Source of the DNA: the human T2T-CHM13v2.0 reference genome, Homo sapiens
Strand: one strand, 5' to 3'
Length of the DNA stretch: 64,000 nucleotides
Assembly: GCF_009914755.1 (NCBI RefSeq)
Contig: NC_060931.1
Shown: in pieces, positions 1 to 14,980 of the stretch
Layout of the letters: the number at the start of each line of letters is the position of its first letter
How positions within the stretch are numbered: position 1 is the stretch's first letter
Position numbers and translations under genes: made by a program
Notes under the pieces: generated by a model
Told to the model about the DNA's origin: nothing
What the model saw: the letters and a program-made list of their open reading frames with translations, nothing else
The model's database searches: none

Positions 1-190
1 ATATTACACAGATTATCTTTTTATTTCATAGAAGTTAGTTACTATTATTACTCCTGGGTTCACGGATGAAGAAACAGGCTCCGGTAGATTAAGGGTGTTG
101 CCCAGGGTTCCCCCTGCAGTGAGTAGGGGAGCCAGGGCTTACAACCAAAAGCTATGACTCCAGGATTTAGCCTTTTAACACACGGTGCTA
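1..190 (-). mobile_element. MIR SINE fragment
   Basis: Degenerate MIR core on the reverse strand (cacggatgaagaaacaggctc...ttgcccagggt); boundaries approximate. Confidence 0.65.
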
Positions 191-834
191 GATCAGGCCT
201 CAGGGACTCAGTGGCTGAGTCTCTGTGTTGGGGCATGACTGTGACATCCTCTTCTGTTTTCTTCCTTCTGCTGCTCTTCTGCAGACCTGGCCATCACCCA
301 GGCTCAAACACAGATAATGGGAGAACAGAGACAAGTGAGACAGCCAAGGAGAGGAGGTAGGCAGTGCAGGGCCCAGGGATAGGAAGAACTAGGCCACTGG
401 GAACTCGACAGCTGATGGGAAGGACCAAAACACAGCTCATGTTGGCGCTTCAGAAATCCGCTGGCGTTAACTTCCAGAGAACTTCTTGACAGTTGTCCCC
501 AATTACTTCATCAAGGAGTCAAAACAATAAAACCGGGATAGGATAATGGCCAAATAGTGGATTAAAACCCACACTACGAAGTAGTGTGTCCAAGAGTTTC
601 ATTTTCATTGGTATTTTTGGCCATAGTAAGGAAATAGTTTAGTATGTTGCAAATTGTTTACTACTGCCTTCAGATCTTCAAAGAGCTTCAGTGAGGGAGG
701 GAGCTGATTGGTTCTATGCGGCTTCCAGAGAAGCATTAATTCCTATTAGTTCTATTCGGAAGGACTGTCTATCAGTGTGCAACCAACCCCACAAAGCAGG
801 ACTTCACCACAGAGCACAGCCGAGCAGAAGCGAG

Positions 835-1013
835 GTCACTGGTCAGGACTTGGCTGCTCATTATAATCCCCTGGGAAGTTTTAAGAAAGTCTGATGCCTT
901 GGTCTCACCCCCAGAAATTCTTACTTAGATGATCTGAGGTGGAGCCCTGGCGTTAAGATCTTTAAAACCTCCCCTACGTGATTCCAATATTCAGCAAAGT
1001 TTGAGAACCACAG
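835..1013. mobile_element. MER5A-like hAT-Charlie MITE
   Basis: aatcccctgggaag...tctgaggtggagccc...gattccaatattcagcaaagtttgagaaccacag resembles MER5A. Confidence 0.7.
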
Positions 1014-1922
1014 AGTTAGATATCTCATCAGGGAGGCTGCAGCACAAATTGAGTAGGAGGTTGGTCCAGGTTATTTCTAAAGTCCCTTTCAGTTCTAAGA
1101 TCCTAAACTGCTAACCAAGTACATTCACTGTGAGTTTGCTGTTTATGATGGCTATGGATAATTTTATGATTAATTATTAGTGACAGTGGACTACAATTTT
1201 TTACATGTAGAAAAGTGACACGCTGTAAGCAACAAAAGACCACATCCACTATTTTGGATTTCTGTCTCTTTGAAATTATGTTTAAGGAAAAGAAGCTAAG
1301 AAAACGTACGATAAATTTAGAATGCTATTAATCCGAAACCACCCTTCCTCCCTGGCTCTGTATCCTGGCACACTGGAACATGGAGAGTTTCTGGAGATTA
1401 ATAATAACAGTGCACATGGATCTACTTGCATCTTAGATATCCAATCTCATTGTTTCAAGGGAAAAATGATATTGGACTTAGACAAATTTTCCAGAGGGAA
1501 AAAAGACTGTGCAGTATGACTGCCAGTTGGAAAGCACAGGCACAGAGCAGACCTATTTCAGCCTCCACTTTATATCCCTGCCATCTTGCATCGTTTTTCT
1601 CACTCCTAGATCTAAGTATTGTATTTGGCAGAAACTGTCAGAATCCCTTCAAACCGCAGTCTGAACTTCATACAAGGGCCTGAACTAATTCCACACAGGG
1701 ACTTAGAATCACAGTTGCCAGTGGACTATTTAAAGACAGAAGTGCAGGACTTGTATCAACATAACTGCTTCCAGTAGATGCGGCAGGGTTCAAGGAGTCC
1801 TGCCTAGTGGAAACAAGTTCTTGGTCTGATTTTAACCTGCCATGATCCCTGCAGCGTGACTTTGGACCAACTATGTCCCCCTCAGTGCTTCAGTAACCTT
1901 AGAAGTTAAGCAAACACAGAAA

Positions 1923-1933
1923 TGCTGACTCAC
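1923..1933 (-). promoter_or_regulatory. Candidate NFE2/NRF2/BACH (ARE/MARE) motif
   Basis: tgctgactcac reads GTGAGTCAGCA on the minus strand, a full match to RTGASTCAGCA in apparently non-repeat DNA; motif match only. Confidence 0.25.
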
Positions 1934-3043
1934 TTCAGAGGGGGGCATTGTGAAGCCCAGAAAGAGGCCCTGCATTAGTAACACAAAAGGAAGCTAAACT
2001 GTGTTTTCATGATCCCAGACTAGAGTCTCCAGAACTTTTAACTTGATATAGCTTTATGGTTCCCACTGTGGGGCGGGCTGTGACTGACAGTGGAGCTAAA
2101 GTAGTTATTCAGCACTTGTCCACAGGAATATCCTAAAGCTTGATGTTCTGAATATTACCACCTCTAAAAAATATATTGTGGAAAACTGCACTGTTGCTCT
2201 GTCAGTTAAGAGTTTAATACGTTATATTGATGACAAATCAATTTCAAGCTGTCCATGTTGAACTTGTCAAGCAGCTTTGGCAAAACAGAATGGGTTGGCA
2301 AACAAATAACTTCCTGGAGTGTGGGGGCAGAATGATTTAGAAACCTCGGAATTCAGGGAGGTGAAGGATGCTGGGAAAAGAGCAACAGAATCTGGGGTCT
2401 GAAATGTCCACTCATCTAGGGAAGGAAATTTCTATGACTATTGAAATCAGCTACTTGGGCAGGTAAATGATTGGCAAGAACAGAAGGCAGTTAATGAACC
2501 ATCCAACAGCTTTGGAAGGCAGCAAATGATGGAGAAACCAGAGGGAGGCTGAGACAGAGAGGAAGGCAAGCAATAGCCCGCCTTATCAAAGAAGAATCTT
2601 CCCAAATCCTACTGCAAGGAAGGGAAAGGAAATCAATACCACAGTAGGAGATGATGGCACATGAAACCAATTGGCTGAAGATTATGCCCAAAGAGAAACT
2701 GAACTTTACGAGTATATTTTTCTAAGGGACATTTTGGCACCTGACTCATAATCTCTACCTACTCTAACTCTCCTGCTGTCCCAAGCAAGGAAGCAGTTTG
2801 TGGAATACCCATCTCTCACTCTTGCTTGAAAGTTTCTTAATCTACTCTGCTCCATTCACCTTCATCTAGGCCCCACTTGAGCAATCCACTCTTCTGGCCA
2901 CACTGGGATCTTGTTTATGACCCCAAACCAACTCCATCATTGAGACCTTGAACTCTGATCGGCCATACCCCAATCTTATCCCCTTAAGTGGTTAACACCC
3001 TGTCTCTATTTGCTCTCATTGCACTTGCCTGTGGAGCCCATGA

Positions 3044-3650
<607 letters not shown>

Positions 3651-5489
3651 GTTCATCTCTGTCTCATGTATCCTGAACCCATCCATCACTCCCAGGCCAA
3701 TCAGTTCTCTGGTGGGGGGGTTCCACTGCCTCTCCTACATACCCAGAATCATACCATGATGGCTTGTCTATTTAACCATTCCCTCTCAGTAACCCTAACT
3801 CTCACTACACCCACCACCTCAAGAGACCCTTCCCCAAATTCGCCCTTCTAATCTCCTGCATCCATGCTGCCGAACACTGCTTGGAAAAAAATAATACAAA
3901 CATCTAATTACAGTCCCCACAGTTTGTGGTTTCCAGCTTCTGCTGAGCTTGCAGTGCTGCTTAGCAAATCTTGCCTTGCTCTGGTCACCTCTCAGCAGCC
4001 AACCCACATCCCCAGTGCTCCCGGGAAGCTGCCCTATTCCACCCTCAACCCAACCTATCTATTCTCCACCTTGCCTCCCATCCCACAGAAAAGATGAAGT
4101 CAAGACATGTTAAATCTTTCTCTTCTCAGCCTCACCATCAAACTTATCTAGAGCTGCATCCAGGCCTGCCTATTTCCCCCTGCTCTGGAAGAAGGAACCT
4201 CGCTGGGCGTTTGAAATCATTGCCTCCTTCCCTCTCTGTGCCCCCTAGCCTGGTCCCTCCCTTTACCCTGGCTTCTCTCCCTCAACTTCACACTTGCTCA
4301 AGACTCTCTACTCCTCCAAAACAAACAAAAAGGACAACCGTGTCTCCCTTCTATTCTGCAACTCCCTCTAACCATCCCACCTCTCCTCTTTCCTTTCCAG
4401 CTAACCTTCTTTAAAATTACTTCCATATTCATTGCTGGCAGCTCCTTACCTCCCATTTGTTCTTTGACCCACAGAAATCTGACTTCTGTCCTTTCCACCA
4501 GAACTGCTCTTGCTCTCACCAATGAGCAACTTCCAGATCCCAGGGATAGTGTTGAGTTTTTATCTCGCTGAACTTATTTCAGTTTCTTGAAGCCACTTTC
4601 TCCCTGGACTCTCTTCAGTTCTTCTTCTGCCTCCCAAACTGCTCTTGTCCCTTAAACTTCGCTGCTTGCCAGGATTCTCTCCTCTTCACTGCTCCCCAGC
4701 TCCTGCCCTTGCCTCTGCTGGCACCTGCTTTTGGTCCTTCCTCCGTAAAACCACCACTATGGACTTTCTTTTCCAAAATGCAAATCTGATCATGTCGCCA
4801 CTCTACCTAGTGCCTCCCCAGCACCCACTGAATGGAGACCCTTCTCCTCGTTGCTGAACACAGGGTTTTTCTCAACCTGGCTGCCAGCAATGTGTCCAGC
4901 CTCATCTCTTTTTCCTGCTGAAAAGCATTCTGTGCTACAGCCATTCAGAAAAACTTGCACAAGCCCTGTTAAGCATGGACAACCTATGATAAATACTAAT
5001 GAAGTAATATTAAATAAAGGGACATTCTAATAGGAATTACTTACAGAGGGTTCAATTAATGTCTCCTCATCTTAATATTATTTAATATTTAAATGATTTT
5101 TTTCCTCCGGAAAGGTTTTTTCATACTTCTTTGTCTTTGCACAGCTGTTTCCTCTGTTTAGAATGGTCCTTCCCACTTAGTAAATTACTCAACCTTCAAA
5201 ATCCAGCCTAAATGAATATCCCAATCTCTACAAAGCCACCCTTTGCTTGCCTCTTTCTGGCCTTGCTCTTCTGGTCCAGGAGAATAGCGGCTTCCTTTTT
5301 TATCCACAGCATCTTGTGTCCCCTCGACTGTGGCCCTTGTCCAACTGCACTGCAGTGTTTTCCTCAAGTGCCTGTTTCCCTCACTGGTCTGTGAGCTCCC
5401 TGAAGGCAGGTATCATGTCTTAATCATCTTCAAATCCCCAAACCAGCCCATCCCTGTCACATAGCAGGCTCGATGAATGATGAATTTTA

Positions 5490-5569
5490 TTAGGTTAGAC
5501 CATTTGAAATTGCCATTTTTATAGGTCACAAATAATCAAATACCAGCAATTTCATATGATTTGACCTAT
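5490..5569. mobile_element. MADE2 (mariner-derived 80-bp palindromic MITE)
   Basis: ttaggttagaccatttgaaattgc ... gcaatttcatatgatttgacctat inverted termini, TA on both flanks. Confidence 0.85.
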
Positions 5570-5774
5570 TACTGTAAGTATTTTTGATGTCTTACTCTAT
5601 GAAGCTCAAAGTACCTTATAAGCATTGTGTAATTAATCCTAGGGAAATTCCTGCAGGATACCATGAGAAATCATGATAATCACTTTAAGGGTGGTTCAGT
5701 AGGTCAGTGACAGGAGTGGAGCTGGAACTAGACATTCTTCTGGTCATATCCCTCATCTTAGGGTCCGCAGTACT

Positions 5775-6690
5775 AGACTCATGGAATTCTAGAGTGAGAA
5801 ATAAATTCAAAGGGTCACCTGCCTGGCAGCTCCAGGCAGTGGGACACATAAATCATCTTTAAATGGTTCTCTGTCTTTCCTGTCATTTGTGCAAAGTTGA
5901 AGATTATATGATCTCTTGCAATAATAATTTAACATTTCCCTCTCACACCCTCACCAGGCAGTCCATTTCTAACCCATCTTTCTCTTGCTGCAATATATCA
6001 ATTTCTGACTTTATAGAGATAAAAGCAGCTGCAATGTACCCAGCTTATAATAACCCTCCTACTACTTATTACAGCCACTTGTCCTCCCCTCAGTTTCATT
6101 TTACTCCTGAAAAAAGTCCCTTCTCTTCTAAACTCTATTCATAGGATCTTCGCATCATTTTAATCAAAAGATTTCAGGATCTTCTAAAACAATATTTCCC
6201 AGTTTCATTAGACCATGTTAAAAATGGAATATCCATTAACATCCTCCTGACCTAATGTTTGGTGGAGTAAAATTTGGGAAACAGGGCTCTGTGATGTTCA
6301 CACATTCCTTTTTAAATGTTAAGATTAAAAATTAGATGTGATTTCCTAGTAAAGGTGTCACTTGTATCACCTACAGTACAAAGATGATTTCCCAGCCTTT
6401 GCAAAGTCATAATTCTGTTTACATACTTATTATTGCAATAGTCTTTTAAACTGCAGGCTCATAATGTCACCTCATACTTAGAACATACTTGTGCTTTTAT
6501 AGTCTTGAATAATAATTGAGCTTTCATTTCCTGTCTTGCATAATGACTAAGTTTGGATTTTATTTATTGCATATGCTATCTTGATTGGGTTCTATCATCT
6601 ATTTCTTTCTCTAAATTGTTCTCATCATTTAAAAATTCCATCCATCTGAAGTCTTAGCAACCACCCCTGTCTTGTCACCTGCACTCCCCC
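5775..6690 (-). mobile_element. CR1/L3 LINE relic
   Basis: gactcatggaattctagag 3'-end-like motif and degenerate CR1-like blocks; highly diverged. Confidence 0.45.
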
Positions 6691-7829
6691 AACCCTCAGA
6701 ATTGAAATGTTTGTACCTTTTTGTCTTTGCACAGCTGTTTCCTCTGTCTAAAGTGGTCCTTTTCGCCGTGCAAATTGTATTAGGTTGCTTTCAAATATAC
6801 CACCTTTGAAGTTTTTTATTTTATTTAAATATATTAGATAGCTTGGGAGGGAAGTTTCCTGATAAATTTCAGCAGGCATTTAATCGTACTTGCTACCTGT
6901 TTAACCCTGTGCTAGGTACTGTGACAGCTTTCAAAGCTCACGGTTATCTCATCTTGGTGAAGTGGTAGTTCATACTTATAAGTAGTTCACTAACATTGGA
7001 AGGTATTATACAATCAAACACCTAGAGGAATAATAAAAAAGCAAGTGTCATGCAGATCTAAGAAGAAACCTATCAAGTTTAGACTTGATCTATGATGTGA
7101 AAGATTAGGAGGATTTAGGCATTCAAAAAGAATGAAGAGGTGATGAGATGAAGTGCAGAAGTAACAGCAGGTGCAAATATGATCTATCTCTATTGTCCAT
7201 ATGGATGGGTAAACAATTAGCACATAGGTCAGTTACAGCCCCTATTACTCTATACTAGTACTAGCTGTATGTAAGTCTGCCATCCTCACTGCTTTGTGAC
7301 TGCAATGATGGCAGAGACCATAATGTCCTTATCTACCTAGTGATTTTAAGTGTGCCTGGCCTATAGTACATGCTCAGTAAACATATGTTTAAATTTTTAA
7401 AGGAAAATTGGTTTGAATGAAAAAGCAAGTTAATATGCGGAACAGTGAGTGAATTCAGATTATTGAGGCCTCTGAAAGGCACCTGGGCAATTCCAGCTTC
7501 CTTGGATGGGAGCCGCTGGAGTCCTGCATGGGAGTGACAAGATAATGGGATATTTGGGGAATTTATCTGGCCATAGTGTTCAGAATGAATTAAAAGAGGA
7601 GAAAGGGAGAAATGAAGGAATAAAGGCATTGTCTAATCCTCCACCTATCTCTCTATCTCTCACCCTCCCATCTCATGCTTCTAGAAAGATCTTTGGCATT
7701 TTGTTATCTTCATATCCCATTCACTCCTCAGCTCCTTCAAACTTCTCTTCTGTTCCCACTTCACAGCATTTAACTACTCAATCTCTCTGCAGTATTTAAC
7801 ATCATTAACATTTATCCTTTAAAAATAGC

Positions 7830-8270
7830 TCTTTTTTATTACATAATTATTGTAACAAATTTAAACAATACTTAAAATGCAAAGAAGCAAGTAAAACGTA
7901 CCCAAATCTCCTCTTCCAAAGATAATCACCGTTAACACTTTGGTGAACATTCTTCCAAACATCTTTCTAGTCTATGCATACATGCACAAGCAGATGGCTC
8001 TGTGCATAGAGATTTACATAAATTGCATCATATAATACTCATTTCTTGCAGTGACTTGCATTGCTTTTCCTAAACAATAAATATAAATGCCAATAAGCAT
8101 AAGCATAAGCCTGTGTAACTTTTGATAGGGGCATTGTCCTCTAATGAGTCCATAGCATTATTTATATTACAAGTTCTCCAGAGGATGAATGTTAAAAGTT
8201 TGTTTCCAGTTTTTACTATTCTAAACAATATTTCAGTAAACACTTTTATGCATTTATCCTTTTGCCATCT
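7830..8270 (-). mobile_element. Old L1 (L1ME-type) 3' fragment
   Basis: gtttgtttccagtttttactattctaaacaatatttcagtaaacac is typical L1M antisense sequence. Confidence 0.65.
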
Positions 8271-8283
8271 GTATTGTATTATT

Positions 8284-8577
8284 ATTATTATTATTTTTGA
8301 GACAGAGTCTTGCTCTGTGGCCCAAGCTAGAATGCAATGGCACGATCTTGGCTCACTGAGACCTCTAACTCCCGGGTTCAAGTGATTCTCCTGCCTCAGC
8401 CTCCTGAGTAGCTGGGATTACAGGCGTGCACCACCATGCCTGGCTAATTTTTGAATTTTTAGTAAAGGCAGGGTTTCACCATGTTGGCTAGGCTGGTCTC
8501 GAACTCCTGACCTTGTGATCCACCCGCCTCAACCTCCCAAAGTGCTGGGATTACAGGCATGAGCCACTGCGCTCGGC
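8284..8577 (-). mobile_element. Alu, AluSg-like, with a (TAT)n-converted tail
   Basis: Full dimer; TSD tgtattgtattatt at 8270-8283 and 8578-8591. Confidence 0.95.
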
Positions 8578-9159
8578 TGTATTGTATTATTTTTAATAAA
8601 CCCACTTCTTCTTTAAATTCTATTATACATTACACATTCTTATAACCTGTCTCTGTTTTGTCCATTGGCTCTAATTTTTCCTGGTCCTCCCACCTCTCTG
8701 AGGTTTCTTCACAGATTTCTTCATGGGTTCTTTCCCTGGCCCTGGCTTACCCTTTAAATATTCGTATATAATTGATTATCCTTTGCACATTCTTGCCCTT
8801 GTTCTATGTCCTTTTTCCAACCAATCTCATTTATTCTCATAGTTTAACAACCGCATCTAGATGGATAACTACAATTTGCATTTCAAGAAAGATGTCAGGA
8901 TCTTCATTGCTGACAGCTTTCCTGAAATTCAGATAGGTATCTGCTAGCTGCTGCACCCAGATATCCCAGGCAAATCAGTGTATTTGGTAGATTTACTCTT
9001 CTCTCAAACCTACTCCAATTCCTGTGCACTCAGCCATTTAGATGTCTCATACAAAAGCTTGGGGTTCATTTCTTATTCCTTCTTCTCTCATTGCTCTATG
9101 TCCAATCAATCATCAAGTTTGTGAATTCTCTGTCCTAAAAATATTATGAAATGCCTTAA

Positions 9160-9895
9160 GATTTTCTCAGGAAGCTACTGGAAGATGTGCTATACCAAAA
9201 CAAGGGGGTAAACCAAAGAAAGGAAGACATGGTAACCCGGATACAGGGACACCCAAGACAGAAAGCAGAAGAAAGAAATACCCAAGATAATGGGGAAGAA
9301 AGTTCCAAGGCAACAGGTGTTCAGCCAGCCCAGGCAGGAACCTGTCTAAGTGGAGCAGGATGATAGAGGACTCTTGGAGGGATGTTGTCAAAAAGAAAGG
9401 GAAACTGCTAGAAGGTGTAAGGTGTTTGAATGTACCAGGAGATGTTATTACAGTTTGGTAAAATTTTGGGGGTTAATTAAGTGGCTGCTTTACAGAAAAA
9501 AAATACATATATATACATGGCTCAACTCTGACTAATAATTCCATAATCATAATTATGATACTGTCAACATGGAATATTGACTTAATTGAAAACATGGATA
9601 TAACTATACTGGAATGATGGAATTTTTAAAAAGTGTTTTGTGTATGTGGGGGTAGGGGGGAGAAAAGGTATCTAAGGGAGGCTAATTCCCATCTTCTATT
9701 TTAGGATATGACCTTTTGTACGTTTCATTTTCTAAAAATGAAAAATAAAGAAACGGGACTTAAAGAAAATAATCAAAAGAGTAGGCAGGCGTTGCATCAA
9801 AGAAGAGGGTAACAGGGGTGAGAAGAAATGGGAGGGGCAACTCCTGTTTCTCATTGTAAGCCCAGTAGTACTATTTTATTTGCCTTCTTAAAGTA
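9160..9895 (+). mobile_element. HAL1 (half-L1) fragment
   Basis: ttctcaggaagctactggaagatgtgctataccaaaacaagggggtaaacc...ggaagacatgg resembles HAL1. Confidence 0.7.
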
Positions 9896-9899
9896 TATA

Positions 9900-10227
9900 C
9901 AGTTGGCCCTCCATATCAGCACGTTCCACATTCGTGAATTCAACCAACTGCAGACCGCAAATATTTGGGAAAAAGATTATACTGAACATACACAGATTTT
10001 TCCTTTTCATTGTTTTCTAAACAATATAGCATAACAAGTATTTACATAGCATTTCCATTATATTGGGTATCATAAGTAATCTAGAGATGATTTAAAATAT
10101 ATGGGGGGATGTGCATAGGTTATATGCAAATACTATGCCATTTATATCAGGGATTTGAGCATCTGTAAATTTTCATATTTAAGTGAGTTCCTGGAACCAC
10201 TTCTCCACAGATACCTAGGGACAACTG
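9900..10227. mobile_element. MER2 (Tigger-family MITE)
   Basis: Inverted termini cagttggccc / gggacaactg, TA on both flanks, internal gtaatctagagatgatttaaa motif. Confidence 0.9.
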
Positions 10228-10274
10228 TATATACATTACTTTGATTTAAAAAAATAAAAAGAAAGAAAAGTTGA

Positions 10275-10572
<298 letters not shown>

Positions 10573-10899
10573 AAAGAAAAGTTGAGAATATCCAGCAATA
10601 GACAAATAGACAAAAAATATGTCCTTCAAATAATGGAATATAGGTCACTGTTGAAAAAACAAGGTAGATATATGGAAAAAAAAATAAAATTGTCCAAAAC
10701 ATATTAAAAAATTAAAAAAAACACAAAGTTCCAAAAGGTAATAATGTTACTTTCAGAATGAATCAAATTAGAATAGTAACAAAACCATTAATGATTTATG
10801 CAGTGAAATTTCACGTTTCATGTTACATAGTTTAGTAATGTTTGAATTTTGTATAAAGAAAAGGTTTTTTTTTCTGGTTACAAAATTATAATAAACAGA

Positions 10900-11505
10900 T
10901 ATTTCTCATATGTACCATGTCCCCTTCATTCCTAATACTTCTGCCTTTTTTAAAGCCCTTACTTAAGTGGCTTATTGACAGCCCCAGAATAAAGTCCAAG
11001 CGCATTAGGATGGTATTTAAGACTTTCCAGGAAGGGCTCCTTACTGTCGTGTCTGGTCTGGGCCTTGGCCACTTTCTACCTCACCCTCAGGAGCTTCTTG
11101 CACATTTACTGCGTGTCACTCTTGTGCTCTCCCTACCCTGCCCAGGTGACCCATTTCTGCACCATGGTCCCTCCACAGACTCCTCCCTCCACCCTCAGCC
11201 TCCACCAGAGTCTAAGTATCAGCTGGAGGAAGTCTAGGCATCCTCTGCTTCAGGAAGCCTCCCCTTCCCCCTGAGCTGGGTTGGAGTCCCACCTCCAAAC
11301 TCCCCAGAGCAGTTTGTGAATGACCTATCATAGGACTTACTACATTGTTCAGATGTGATTATTGTTTGCACTAGCCTCCTATCACTAAACTATTAACTCC
11401 AAAAGCATGGAGGCTGTGATTTACTCACTGCTACATCATCAGAGCCTAGCATAGAGTCTAGCACTAATGAACATTCAATATACGCTTAAGTTAATTGAAT
11501 GATTC
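10900..11505 (+). mobile_element. L2 3' fragment
   Basis: cagaataaagtccaag...ttcaggaagcctcccc...agagcctagcatagagtctagcac...ttgaatga. Confidence 0.65.
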
Positions 11506-12621
11506 AGGCACAAGTTGATGAGAATTTGTTCTATACCCACTAGGGCTAAACATTACTATCAACCTCTACTTTAAGGGACATGACACTTTGAAAAATGTCA
11601 GTGCACTGGCCATCTCTAATCTAGGATATGGAAGAATGGAAAAAGAGCAGGTACCACTGTCTTCCTGCCCACCTTCGTGTGAATGTAGCAGCAATCACGC
11701 ACAAAATGGCGGAGAGTGTGTGAGCAGACCACTTGTGACAGCAAGAGACAATGCTCCCTGCTCATTGCCTGTCACTTTCCTGAGTCTGAGACCCTCTCCT
11801 CATGTAATCTTTGCCACACAGGCATGCTTCAGAAGGCTGACTTTACCTGTCTGTCGAGCTGATCTGAATCAACTCCATGGCATTCAGATTCAGCACTGAT
11901 AGACTTAACATGCGGTAGAGCCAACATCCTTGCTGAAGTCCAAGCAGATTCCATCTGTAATCATAGTTCTTCAAACCCCACAAGTTTGTGGATTCATGTG
12001 GGGTTTCATTAATAGTAATGATCCCAGTTTTACTAGGCAAAATCTGAGTTCCTCTTATGATCTGCCCCCACCAACCTCATCTCATACAGGTCTCTCCCTT
12101 TCTCACTCTTCTGCATCCGTATCAGCCTCTCTCCTTGTTTCACATCGATTGCTAGAACCACATCTTAGAGCTTAGCAATGCCAAAGGTATAAATATCAAA
12201 CATCCTACATTTGAGAATATTTCTCATGTTGTAGCTTCTTGATAGAAATTGAATGTAGTCAATCAGTAAAATAAATAAGCACTAGGTTTAAAGTAAACCA
12301 TTAATAAAAATGAATACCTGTAAGTCACTCCAAAATAATGTGGATAGAAGTTAGACTTTAAAAAATAGACCCTGCTTTGTTGATTTGATTTTTGGACTAT
12401 GTAAATATTTTAGGTAATTACAAAACAAATTTTAAAAACCCAATTCCCATAAATAAAAGTAAACCACACAGAGAGGAAATTTTCCAAGTAGTTTTAAACA
12501 CAGTAACTTTAATTGTATACATCCTTAGCGAAATATACCCTACTGACAAAAATAATTGCAAAAATAAAATATGAAACTGTTTCCAGTATTCTTATTATTG
12601 GTGCTAGTGTTAGTATTCCTA

Positions 12622-14450
<1,829 letters not shown>

Positions 14451-14494
14451 TAGATAAGTATGTGTCATCAAAAAGAATGAGTCTGGTCTGGAAA

Positions 14495-14980
14495 AGAGAT
14501 TTTACACCCATGTTCAGAACAGCGTTTTCTTCACAACAGCCAAAGAACGGAAGCAACCCAAATGTCCATCAACAGATGAATAGGTAAACAAAATATGATA
14601 TATCCATACAGTGAAATATTAGTCTTAAAAGGAAGCAAGTTCTGCCACATGCCTAAACATGGATGAAGCCACAGGACGTTATGCTAAGTGAAATAAGCCA
14701 GACACGGAAGGACAAATATTGTATGATTCCACTCATATGAGGTATCTAAAAGAGTCAAACTTATAGAAACAGAAAGTAGAATGTTGGTTGTCAGAAACCA
14801 GGAGGAGGAGTGGGCTGGGAGTTGTTGTTTAATGGGTGTAGGATTTTGGTTTTGCAAGATAAAAACAGTTCTGGAGATTGGTTGCACAGCAGTGTGAATG
14901 TACTTAATACTACTGAACTGTACACTTAAAAGTGGTTAGAATGCTAAATATTATGTTATGTGTATTTTACGATTTAAAAT
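14495..14980 (+). mobile_element. L1MB-type 3' end
   Basis: ggaagcaacccaaatgtccatcaacagatgaa...ttatgctaagtgaaataagccagacac...tactgaactgtacacttaaaa. Confidence 0.85.
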
